DNA of 32,000 bases from Cupriavidus necator (GTDB lineage: Bacteria > Pseudomonadota > Gammaproteobacteria > Burkholderiales > Burkholderiaceae), in assembly GCF_016127575.1 (NCBI RefSeq), contig NZ_CP066019.1, forward strand, positions 2,070,001 through 2,102,000, written 5' to 3'. Below the pieces are notes generated by a model. It ran no database searches. It saw nothing but the letters and a program-made list of their open reading frames with translations, and was not told where the DNA came from. Position 1 is the first letter of the stretch, and the number at the start of each line of letters is the position of its first letter. The translations under genes and the position numbers were made by a program. Positions 24,444 through 31,619 of this stretch are shown piece after piece.

Positions 24444-25802
24444 ATGCGTCAGATCGATGTCCACAAGCTGGCCGACGAGGCCCGCTTCAACCGCTTCCAT
24501 GCGCTCATCCTGTTCTGGTGTGCGCTGATCATCATCTTCGACGGCTACGACCTGGCCGTGGCCGGCATCGCCCTGCCGTCGATCATGAAAGAGATGGGCG
24601 TGACCGCAACCAGCGCCGGCTTCATGGTCAGCTCGGCGCTGTTCGGCATGATGTTCGGCGCGATCTTCCTCGGCACCGTGGCCGACCGCATCGGCCGCAG
24701 GCGCGCCATCGCCATCTGCATCGTGCTGTTCAGTGTCTTCACCGCGGCGGCGGGCTTTACCAGCGACCCGGTGACGTTCAGCGTCACGCGCTTCCTGGCG
24801 GGCCTGGGCATCGGCGGCGTGATGCCCAACGTGGTGGCGCAGATGACCGAGTACTCGCCGCGCAAGCTGCGCGGCACGCTGGTGACGCTGATGTTCAGCG
24901 GTTATTCGGTGGGCGGCATGCTGGCCGCGCTGCTGGGCAAGGGACTGATCGAAAGCTATGGCTGGCAGTCGGTGTTCCTCGCCGCCGGCCTGCCGGTGCT
25001 GCTGGTCCCGCTGGTGCTGCGCTCGCTGCCGGAGTCGATGCCCTACCTGCTCCGCACCGGCCAGACCGACGCTCTGCAATCCGTGGTATCGCGCCTGGTG
25101 CCGTCGCATCGCGCGCAAGCCGGCGACGTCTTTACGCTGGCTGCGGACGACAAGGCCGGCAGCGCGCCGATCCGCCGCCTGTTCCAGGACGGCCGCGGCT
25201 TCAGCACGGTGATGTTCTGGGTGGCGTTCTTCATGTGCCTGTTCATGGTGTACGCGCTCAGCTCGTGGCTGACCAAGCTGATGGCCGGCGCAGGCTACAG
25301 CCTGGGCTCGGCGCTGACTTTCGTGCTGGTGCTGAACTTCGGCGCCATGCTCGGCGCCATCGGCGGCGGCTGGCTGGCCGACCGCTTGCCGATCAAGCAT
25401 GTGCTGATCGGCATGTACACGCTGGCGGCAGTGTCGATCACGCTGCTGGGCTACCCGATGCCCAGCGCAGCGCTGTTCGTCGTGGTGGGCCTGGCAGGTG
25501 CTTCCACCATCGGCACGCAGATCGTCACCTATGCCTATGCGGGCCAGTTCTATCCGATGGCGGTGCGCGGCACCGGCATCGGCTGGGCGTCCGGCGTGGG
25601 ACGCAGCGGCGCCATCCTGGCACCGATCGTGATCGGCGTGCTGGTTGGGATGTCGTTGCCGTTGCAGCAGAACTTCATGGCGATGGCGATTCCGGCGGTG
25701 ATTGCAGTGGGGGCGGTGTCGATGATCAACCACCGGAGGTCGGCGTCGGCGCAGGCGGAAGTCGCTGCGGCGCCGGTGCGAGGAACTGTGAAGGAAGCCT
25801 GA
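24444..25802 (+). CDS. MFS transporter, aromatic acid:H+ symporter family (BenK/PcaK-like)
   Basis: RBS ggagac is upstream. The product MRQIDVHKLADEARFNRFHALILFWCALIIIFDGYDLAV has the MFS motif GTVADRIGRRR. About 452 aa with multiple hydrophobic spans. Confidence 0.9.
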   Translation: MRQIDVHKLADEARFNRFHALILFWCALIIIFDGYDLAVAGIALPSIMKEMGVTATSAGFMVSSALFGMMFGAIFLGTVADRIGRRRAIAICIVLFSVFTAAAGFTSDPVTFSVTRFLAGLGIGGVMPNVVAQMTEYSPRKLRGTLVTLMFSGYSVGGMLAALLGKGLIESYGWQSVFLAAGLPVLLVPLVLRSLPESMPYLLRTGQTDALQSVVSRLVPSHRAQAGDVFTLAADDKAGSAPIRRLFQDGRGFSTVMFWVAFFMCLFMVYALSSWLTKLMAGAGYSLGSALTFVLVLNFGAMLGAIGGGWLADRLPIKHVLIGMYTLAAVSITLLGYPMPSAALFVVVGLAGASTIGTQIVTYAYAGQFYPMAVRGTGIGWASGVGRSGAILAPIVIGVLVGMSLPLQQNFMAMAIPAVIAVGAVSMINHRRSASAQAEVAAAPVRGTVKEA

Positions 25803-25821
25803 GAGAAGTCAACCGCCAGTT

Positions 25822-25859
25822 GTTCGCTCCCTCTCCCGCTTGCGGGAGAGGAAGCGAAC
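25822..25859. repeat. REP-type imperfect 38-bp palindrome between convergent MFS transporter and isochorismatase genes
   Basis: gttcgctccctctcccgc tt gcgggagaggaagcgaac. The core arms cctctcccgc/gcgggagagg (25830-25851) are perfect, and the outer arms have one mismatch. It is related to 16285-16310 in inverted orientation. Confidence 0.7.
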
Positions 25860-25883
25860 CGGCAGCGCTGAAAAGGACGTAGC

Positions 25884-26510
25884 TTACTTGCTGCCCTTCA
25901 CCGTCGTGTACGCCGTAATCAAATTCCGGTAATCCGGAATATGGTTCGAGAACAGCGTGCCCAGACCCTCGATGTCGTTGCGCCAGTCGCGGTGCAGTTC
26001 GCAAGCCACACCGAACCACGTCATCAGTTGCGCGCCAGCATCCGACATCCGCTGCCAGGCCGAATCGCGCGTGATTTCATTGAAGGTGCCCGAGGCATCG
26101 GTCACGACAAAGACTTCGAAACCCTCTTCGATCGCCGACAACGCCGGGAAGGCCACGCACACTTCGGTGACCACGCCGGCGATCAGCAGCTGCTTCTTGC
26201 CGGTGGCACGCACCGCGGCAACAAAGTCCTCGTTATCCCAGGCGTTGATCTGGCCCGGGCGCGGAATGAACGGCGCGTCAGGGAACATGGCCTTGAGCTC
26301 AGGCACCAGCGGTCCGTTGGGACCATCCTCGAAGCTGGTGGTCAGCACGGTCGGCAGCTTGAAGTACTTGGCCAGGTCGGCCAGTGCCAGCACATTGTTC
26401 TTGAACTTGTCGGGCTCGATATCCCGCACGAGCGACAGCAGGCCGGCCTGGTGATCGACCATCAGGACGGCGGCCTGGCTCTTGTCAAGGCGCTTGTAGG
26501 GCTTGCTCAT
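25884..26510 (-). CDS. Isochorismatase-family cysteine hydrolase (YcaC-like)
   Basis: 208 aa. Contains AVLMVDHQAGL (catalytic Asp region), INAWDNEDF and the nucleophile context GVVTEVCVAFPAL. Confidence 0.9.
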   Translation of the reverse strand: MSKPYKRLDKSQAAVLMVDHQAGLLSLVRDIEPDKFKNNVLALADLAKYFKLPTVLTTSFEDGPNGPLVPELKAMFPDAPFIPRPGQINAWDNEDFVAAVRATGKKQLLIAGVVTEVCVAFPALSAIEEGFEVFVVTDASGTFNEITRDSAWQRMSDAGAQLMTWFGVACELHRDWRNDIEGLGTLFSNHIPDYRNLITAYTTVKGSK

Positions 26511-26527
26511 GGTGTGCTCCTGTCAAC

Positions 26528-26570
26528 AAAAAAAGGTACGCACGCTTGGCTTGAGCCACGCGTGCGTACC
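26528..26570 (-). terminator. Intrinsic terminator/attenuator hairpin between the two isochorismatase paralogs
   Basis: On the minus strand, ggtacgcacgc...gcgtgcgtacc (11-bp perfect arms at 26535-26545 and 26560-26570) is followed by TTTTTTT (plus-strand A-run 26528-26534). Only 17 nt, containing the GGAG RBS, separate it from the next start codon. Confidence 0.6.
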
Positions 26571-26601
26571 CCTGGGTATGCCGTGCGTTACCGGCAAGGC
26601 G

Positions 26602-27279
26602 TCAGCGCTGGGAGTCCAGCACCTCGTGCTTCTTCTCGACGTCCTGCGCCTTGAGATAGCTTTCAATCAGCAGGCGGTAGGCCGGGAAGATCTGCGTGTA
26701 GACCTCGGCCCATTCCTGCGCGTCCGGACGGTTCCAGCTCTGCTGCAGCTCCGAGGCCACGGCGGCGGTATCCATCGGCACCACGCCGGCCTGGACGACG
26801 CGCGCCAGGGTGATTTCCTGCGCCATCTTGGAATACGTGCCCGACGCATCGATCACCGCGAACACCTTGTAGCCGTCAGCCACCGCGCTGATCGACGGGA
26901 ATGCCATGCACACGCTGGTGATGGTGCCGGCGATGATCAGGGTCTTCTTGCCGGTCTCACGCACCGCGGCGACGAAGTCGGGGTTGTCCCAGGCGTTGAT
27001 CTCGCCCTTGCGCGCGACGTATTTGGCATGGGGGGCGTTTTCGTGGATTTCCGGGATCAGCGGGCCGTTCGGGCCTTGCGGCACGGATGCCGTCGTGATC
27101 ACGGGCAGCTTGCACAGCGTCGCCATCTTGGCCAGCGCGGCCGCACGGGCGCGCAGCTCAGGCATCGGCATGTCGCCAACGGTCTGGAACAGGCCACTCT
27201 GGTGGTCGATCAGCAGCATGGCCGTATCGGCGGGATCCAGTACCGGACGCTTGCCGTTGAAATTCGCGGGTGTGGTCAT
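26602..27279 (-). CDS. Isochorismatase-family cysteine hydrolase, paralog of 25884-26510
   Basis: Start at [30 protein letters not shown], with a GGAGA RBS. It contains [10 protein letters not shown] and [13 protein letters not shown], and it aligns along its length with the downstream paralog. Confidence 0.85.
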   Translation of the reverse strand: MTTPANFNGKRPVLDPADTAMLLIDHQSGLFQTVGDMPMPELRARAAALAKMATLCKLPVITTASVPQGPNGPLIPEIHENAPHAKYVARKGEINAWDNPDFVAAVRETGKKTLIIAGTITSVCMAFPSISAVADGYKVFAVIDASGTYSKMAQEITLARVVQAGVVPMDTAAVASELQQSWNRPDAQEWAEVYTQIFPAYRLLIESYLKAQDVEKKHEVLDSQR

Positions 27280-27431
27280 TTGGCTTTCTCCTATGCGGTT
27301 GGCGAAACCGGCGACTCCGGGCAATCCCCAAGCCGACCGTGTGGCCAAAGCATAGGTCTTGGCAAATCGCATCGCTAGGATGGAAAATCTGCCCTCAGCG
27401 TCCTACTGGCAGGACGACAGGAGCCGCCCGC

Positions 27432-28340
27432 TTGCATCCCGACCTGAATGACCTGTATTACTTCGCGCAGGTAGTCGATCACCAGGGCTTTGCGCCCGCC
27501 GGGCGCGTGCTCGGCATACCCAAGTCCAAGCTGAGCCGGCGCGTGGCGATGCTGGAAGAACGCCTGGGCGTGCGCCTGATCCAGCGCTCGACGCGGCGCT
27601 TCTCCGTGACAGAACTGGGGCAGACGTACTACGCCCATTGCAAGGCCATGCTGGTGGAGGCCGAAGCGGCCGAGAGCGCGATCGAGCAAACCCGCGCCGA
27701 ACCCAGCGGCCTGGTGCGCATGAGCTGCCCGGTGGCGCTGCTGCACGCACGGGTGGGCGACATGATTGCGGATTTCATGGCGGCCAACCCCAAGGTCATC
27801 GTGCACCTGGAAGCCACCAACCGGCGCGTGGACGTGGTGGCGGAGGGGATCGACCTGGCCATCCGCGTGCGCGTGCCGCCACTCGAAGACAGCGACCTGG
27901 TGATGCGCGTGCTGGCCGAGCGCGCCTGGTGCTTCGTGGCCAGCCCGGCGCTGCTGGCCGGCCATGGGCCGCTGCTGGCACCCGCGGACCTCAACGTGCT
28001 GCCAACGCTGGACCTGGGGCCGCCGCGCCCCTCGCACACCTGGTCGCTATACGGCCCCGATGGCGCCAGCGCCGAGCTGCACCACAAGCCCCGCCTGGTC
28101 ACCGACGACATGATCATGCTGCGCACCGCGGCCGTGGCCGGTGCCGGCATCGTGCAGCTGCCGGTCATGATGATGACCGACCAGCTGCGCGATGGCCGGC
28201 TGGTAAAAGTCCTGCCGGACTGGTCGGTCAGGGGCGGCGTGATCCACGCCGTGTTCCCGTCACGGCGCGGGCTGCTGCCTTCGGTGCGTGAACTGATCGA
28301 CTTCCTGTCGCAGCGCTTCGCGCAGATCAGCGAACTCTAG
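27432..28340 (+). CDS. LysR-family transcriptional regulator (TTG start)
   Basis: The conserved N-terminus (L/M)HPDLNDLYYFAQVVDHQGFAPAGRVLGIPKSKLSRRVAMLEERLGVRLIQRSTR begins at the TTG at 27432, with AGGAG 8 nt upstream. There is no in-frame ATG nearby. It is divergent from the isochorismatase genes. Confidence 0.85.
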   Translation: MHPDLNDLYYFAQVVDHQGFAPAGRVLGIPKSKLSRRVAMLEERLGVRLIQRSTRRFSVTELGQTYYAHCKAMLVEAEAAESAIEQTRAEPSGLVRMSCPVALLHARVGDMIADFMAANPKVIVHLEATNRRVDVVAEGIDLAIRVRVPPLEDSDLVMRVLAERAWCFVASPALLAGHGPLLAPADLNVLPTLDLGPPRPSHTWSLYGPDGASAELHHKPRLVTDDMIMLRTAAVAGAGIVQLPVMMMTDQLRDGRLVKVLPDWSVRGGVIHAVFPSRRGLLPSVRELIDFLSQRFAQISEL

Positions 28341-28767
28341 GCATCGCAAGGCGGCCGCGCCAGGGGCACTGCCCGTCACGCGGGCAGGATTGGCCCGGAA
28401 GTGGTATCATCCAGGATCCTATGCACGGATCGGCAACGCCCGACCTCTGTGCGCCAGCCGCAAACAATCCCACAAAAGCATTAGCGGCGGCTTATCGGGC
28501 GTACACCCGATGCGTCTTTGGGCCAGCCGATGCAGAACGGCCCACCACCCTATCCGACCAGCGGCACGTCCGCTCCGCAACGATCGCTCCTGTACCTGGC
28601 GCATCGGCCTGCGCAGGCATGGTCCACTTCACGCCAGATGCAACGCCTGCGCAGCCGCGCGGGCCCGACGCTGGCCTACAGCAACGGCGAACGGCCGCCA
28701 CCGCGCGACGCCTGCATCGGAACGATGCTCCGCGCCCCTGCGGCCGTGCCTCAGAACAGGCATCACA

Positions 28768-28992
28768 TTGAATCGAGTCAACCCTACCCCTTACACCGTT
28801 TCCGTCTATCCCATCCAGCAGGAACCCGGCCTCTGGTTCGCGACCTACATGATTGCGGAATACCGCAATGGCGCCGAACGCATCGTCGCCAACGTGGCAA
28901 TGCGCCACGACACGCACCGCTCTGAAGCCCGCGCCAGGCAGTCCGCCCGCCGTGCCGGCGAACGCGCCGCAGCACGCCTGCGCCAGCAGTAA
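28768..28992 (+). CDS. Small hypothetical protein (74 aa), possibly distantly related to the 30143/30610 paralogs
   Basis: High GC3 from the TTG at 28768 to the TAA at 28992. The product (M)NRVNPTPYTVSVYPIQQEPGLWFATYMIAEYRNG...EARARQSARRAGERAAARL shares the Y-x4-Y-P-[LI] offset with the protein at 30610-30912. The RBS is weak and the start is uncertain. Confidence 0.4.
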   Translation: MNRVNPTPYTVSVYPIQQEPGLWFATYMIAEYRNGAERIVANVAMRHDTHRSEARARQSARRAGERAAARLRQQ

Positions 28993-29090
28993 GCCAGGCA
29001 CCGTAAGCCCCATCCCATCGGCCAGTTGGTGTCCAGTTGGCCGTCACAACAGCTCGCGCACAAGCGGCGCGGCTACAGCAAGGAGCCTCC

Positions 29091-29312
29091 TTGGCAAAAG
29101 AAGAACTGGTCGAATTCGGCGGCAAGGTGTCGGAAGTCCTGCCCGACAACCGTTTCCGCGTGATCCTGGAAAACGGCTTCGAAGTCTGGGCGTATTCGTC
29201 CGGGCGGCTGAAGAAGAACCGCATCCGCGTGCTGGCGGGCGACCGCGTCACGCTGGAGATGTCGCCCTATGACCTCACCAAGGGGCGCATCAACTACCGG
29301 CACAAGTCGTAG
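29091..29312 (+). CDS. infA: Translation initiation factor IF-1 paralog, TTG start
   Basis: (M)[72 protein letters not shown] aligns over its full length with bacterial IF-1 (S1/OB fold). AAGGAG lies 5 nt upstream of the TTG. No in-frame ATG or GTG lies between the upstream stop and the conserved N-terminus. Confidence 0.9.
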   Translation: MAKEELVEFGGKVSEVLPDNRFRVILENGFEVWAYSSGRLKKNRIRVLAGDRVTLEMSPYDLTKGRINYRHKS

Positions 29313-29323
29313 GCCGTCGTCAT

Positions 29324-29348
29324 GGCATGCGCCGCGCCGGCGCGTGCC
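29324..29348 (+). terminator. Stem-loop just after infA (terminator or processing/stability element; no U-tract)
   Basis: ggcatgcgccg cgc cggcgcgtgcc: an 11-bp stem with one G-U pair and a 3-nt loop, 12 nt after the infA stop. Confidence 0.4.
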
Positions 29349-29389
29349 GTCCCGCTAACGATTCATCCCTCAATCAAGGAGAACCGATC

Positions 29390-29644
29390 ATGTCCGTCAT
29401 CGAAGAATGGGAAGCCGTGCACCTGACGCCCGAAGGCTGGCAGGCAGGCAGTTACCGGCATGCACCGTGGCAGGCGGTTGAAGTCGCACCGCCCGCTTCC
29501 GGCGTGCTGACCGTCAGGCGCCACGTAACGGCCACCTATTGCGGGCCGTCGCGCGCGGTTGAAGACCGTACTCCCGAGATTACCGACATGGCGCTGATCG
29601 AAGCGCTGCTGGAGCGCCACGGCGACCCGGTATTCCAGATCTGA
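29390..29644 (+). CDS. Small hypothetical protein (84 aa)
   Basis: Strong RBS caaggaga lies 7 nt upstream of the ATG. The product is MSVIEEWEAVHLTPEGWQAGSYRHAPWQAVEVAPPASGVLTVRRH...IEALLERHGDPVFQI. I do not recognise a family. Confidence 0.55.
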   Translation: MSVIEEWEAVHLTPEGWQAGSYRHAPWQAVEVAPPASGVLTVRRHVTATYCGPSRAVEDRTPEITDMALIEALLERHGDPVFQI

Positions 29645-29673
29645 CTGACCTGGCTTGACGACTGCGTGCGGCC

Positions 29674-30048
29674 TCAGCCAAGCACGCGCACATGCGGCCG
29701 GGCCGTCCTGAGCCCCGCGCCGACCGGCCTCAGTTCGCCGTCCCATGGCGCGGCGGCGAGGTCCAGCACCGCATCGCCTTCGCGCGCCTTGTCGTGCAAC
29801 TGGTCGCGTACCACCTGGCCAATGGCCAGGCGGCACAGCACCTCGCCGCTGGCGGCAAGCTGGCCCTGCAGGGCCCCTGGCTCGGCCAGCACGCCGAACG
29901 ACCGCCGCCCCACACCCACGAAGCTGGTGAACAGCACCCCGGTGGGGCGCTCCGCATCGATAAAGCAGACTGCAACGTGATAGGTGATGCCTTTGCCCTC
30001 ACCGGGCAACGTGCACAGAAAACCAGATGATCCCGAACGCATGTCCAT
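29674..30048 (-). CDS. Hypothetical protein (124 aa)
   Basis: AAGGAG lies 7 nt upstream of the ATG at 30048, and GC3 is high throughout. The product is MDMRSGSSGFLCTLPGEGKGITYHVAVCFIDAERPTGVLFTSFVGVG... I do not recognise a family. Confidence 0.55.
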   Translation of the reverse strand: MDMRSGSSGFLCTLPGEGKGITYHVAVCFIDAERPTGVLFTSFVGVGRRSFGVLAEPGALQGQLAASGEVLCRLAIGQVVRDQLHDKAREGDAVLDLAAAPWDGELRPVGAGLRTARPHVRVLG

Positions 30049-30142
30049 GAACGGACTCCTTGCAGTCTGACGGATAGCGCCGCGCCTGTTTCCCCGCTCC
30101 GCAACTTGGCCTGTGACCAGGCCGCGCTACGGAACCGGATAC

Positions 30143-30487
30143 CTAGATCGACGTCACGGATTCGCCGGCGACCAGGCCATTGATGATGTCTTCGCCGAAC
30201 TGCAGCGCGCCGCGGCGCGCCGAGCCGATGTTCTCCCAGCGCGACTCGCTCATGGGGTACACGCGCGCATGGTCGCTGCCAGGGCGATAGCCCTCGCGGC
30301 AAATCACGATCGACGCGAGGAAGCTGTTGTCGGGCTTGGTGCGCGGCCAGGCCTGCTCAGGCCGATGGCGATAAACCAGGGGATACAGATCGAAACCCTT
30401 GTAGCTGGCAAAGGGCGTACTGCCGGGAACAGTGTTGCCGGGACTGCGGCTGGGACTGCTGTCGCTCACGACATCTCCATGCGGCAT
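30143..30487 (-). CDS. Small hypothetical protein, tandem paralog A (YKGFDLYPLVY...ARRGAL...IING family)
   Basis: 46/86 identical residues (ungapped hand alignment) with the product of 30610-30912. An alternative GTG start at 30469 has a better RBS (GGAG, 5-nt spacer) than the ATG at 30487. Confidence 0.65.
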   Translation of the reverse strand: MPHGDVVSDSSPSRSPGNTVPGSTPFASYKGFDLYPLVYRHRPEQAWPRTKPDNSFLASIVICREGYRPGSDHARVYPMSESRWENIGSARRGALQFGEDIINGLVAGESVTSI

Positions 30488-30609
30488 CGTGCCGCGCTGA
30501 TGGGAAGGATTGCTGAACTCATTGGATCACGCGCACGGCATGAGCCATGGCCCGGCGCGGGCGTCAGCGGCGCAAATGCACCACGGCGCCAGGGCCCGTC
30601 GTCGGAGCT

Positions 30610-30912
30610 TCAGGATGCCATCGGCGCGCCGGCCGCTATTACCGACACCCCCGGCACCGCGCCATTGATGATGGCCTCGGCATAGCGCAACGCACCGCGT
30701 CGCGCGCCACCGACGTTATCCCACGGTGCGGCGTCCAGGCGGAACGTGCGCGCCTGCATGCCTTCTGGCGACTCGCCTTCCAGGCAGATCACCACGGCAG
30801 CATCGAAGGAACGGTCCGGCCGCGGCTCGGGCCACACGCGCTCGGCGGCGTGCTTGTACACAAGGGGATAGAGGTCGTAGCCCTTGTAAGTTGCAGCCGG
30901 ATAGATATCCAT
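30610..30912 (-). CDS. Small hypothetical protein, tandem paralog B
   Basis: GGAGG RBS is upstream. The product is MDIYPAATYKGYDLYPLVYKHAAERVWPEPRPDRSFDAAVVICLEGESPEG...WDNVGGARRGALRYAEAIINGAV, paralogous to 30143-30487. Confidence 0.7.
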   Translation of the reverse strand: MDIYPAATYKGYDLYPLVYKHAAERVWPEPRPDRSFDAAVVICLEGESPEGMQARTFRLDAAPWDNVGGARRGALRYAEAIINGAVPGVSVIAAGAPMAS

Positions 30913-31013
30913 GGCAGCCTCCGCCGTTTGGTGATCCTGCCCCCACTCTACGCTTGTTGCCGCGCCAGCAGTGGCTTTATTTCACGGTTGCGGGGAATTG
31001 CGGCAACGGAAAT

Positions 31014-31043
31014 AAAAAAGCTCCGCGTTGGCGGAGCTTTTTT
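31014..31043 (-). terminator. Rho-independent (bidirectional-looking) terminator downstream of the cold-shock gene
   Basis: aaaaaagctccgc gttg gcggagctttttt: a GC-rich stem flanked by an A-run and a T-run, 48 nt after the csp stop on the minus strand. Confidence 0.8.
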
Positions 31044-31090
31044 CATTGGACTGGCGCCTCGGCGCTCAGCTCAACTCAGGTCGGTGCGAT

Positions 31091-31294
31091 TCAGATCGGC
31101 TCGATCTTGGTCGCGGCCGGGCCCTTTTGGCCGACGCCAGCGACGTAACGCACCTTCTGGCCTTCTTGCAGCGACTTGAAGCCGTTGCCCTGGATTTCGG
31201 AGAAGTGCGCGAACAGGTCGTTGCCGCCTGCATCAGGCGTAATGAAGCCAAAACCCTTCGAATCGTTGAACCACTTGACGGTACCGGTTTCCAT
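31091..31294 (-). CDS. cspA: CspA-family cold-shock protein
   Basis: [67 protein letters not shown] has the RNP1 (KGFGFI) and RNP2 (LFAHF) motifs. Length 67 aa. Confidence 0.95.
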   Translation of the reverse strand: METGTVKWFNDSKGFGFITPDAGGNDLFAHFSEIQGNGFKSLQEGQKVRYVAGVGQKGPAATKIEPI

Positions 31295-31438
31295 GTTGGA
31301 TTCCTCAATAAGTTTTTTCTCACCGGCAAAAGCGCCGGCAAGGCATGACGATCAAGGAAGACACAAGGAGAAAAAGTGGCGCCGTGTGGGCAAGCACCTG
31401 GACTTCTAGGTTGCTGCTTGAAAGATCCTGCACTCATC

Positions 31439-31467
31439 CTTATACAGGCCCCACCCAGGCGTGTCAA
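31439..31467 (-). promoter_or_regulatory. Candidate sigma70 promoter of the cold-shock gene, implying a ~135-nt 5' UTR
   Basis: On the minus strand: TTGACA (plus 31462-31467), a 17-nt spacer, then TATAAG (plus 31439-31444). Confidence 0.55.
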
Positions 31468-31619
31468 CGAACTTCACCGGATCGGGCCCAAATCACGGGG
31501 AAAGTGCGGGTTGAGGGTCTCGCCGGGCGAAATCCTGTGTATGCGGCATGTACCCCTCCCACTTCCGGCCCCGAAGGCGCCGGCATGCTACAGTGGCCGA
31601 TCGAACGGAACAGACACGG

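Noticed and set aside
29073-29303. 76-aa minus-strand ORF and other short ORFs overlapping infA and its neighbours (for example 28784-29251 minus and 28853-29272 plus)
   Set aside because: They overlap the unambiguous IF-1 reading frame and have junk-like Arg/Pro-rich translations without RBSs.
30143-30912. Reading the adjacent small gene pair as a toxin-antitoxin module
   Set aside because: The two products are paralogs of each other (46/86 identities), not a dissimilar toxin/antitoxin pair. They are separated by 122 nt rather than overlapping, and neither shows a recognisable toxin or antitoxin fold motif.
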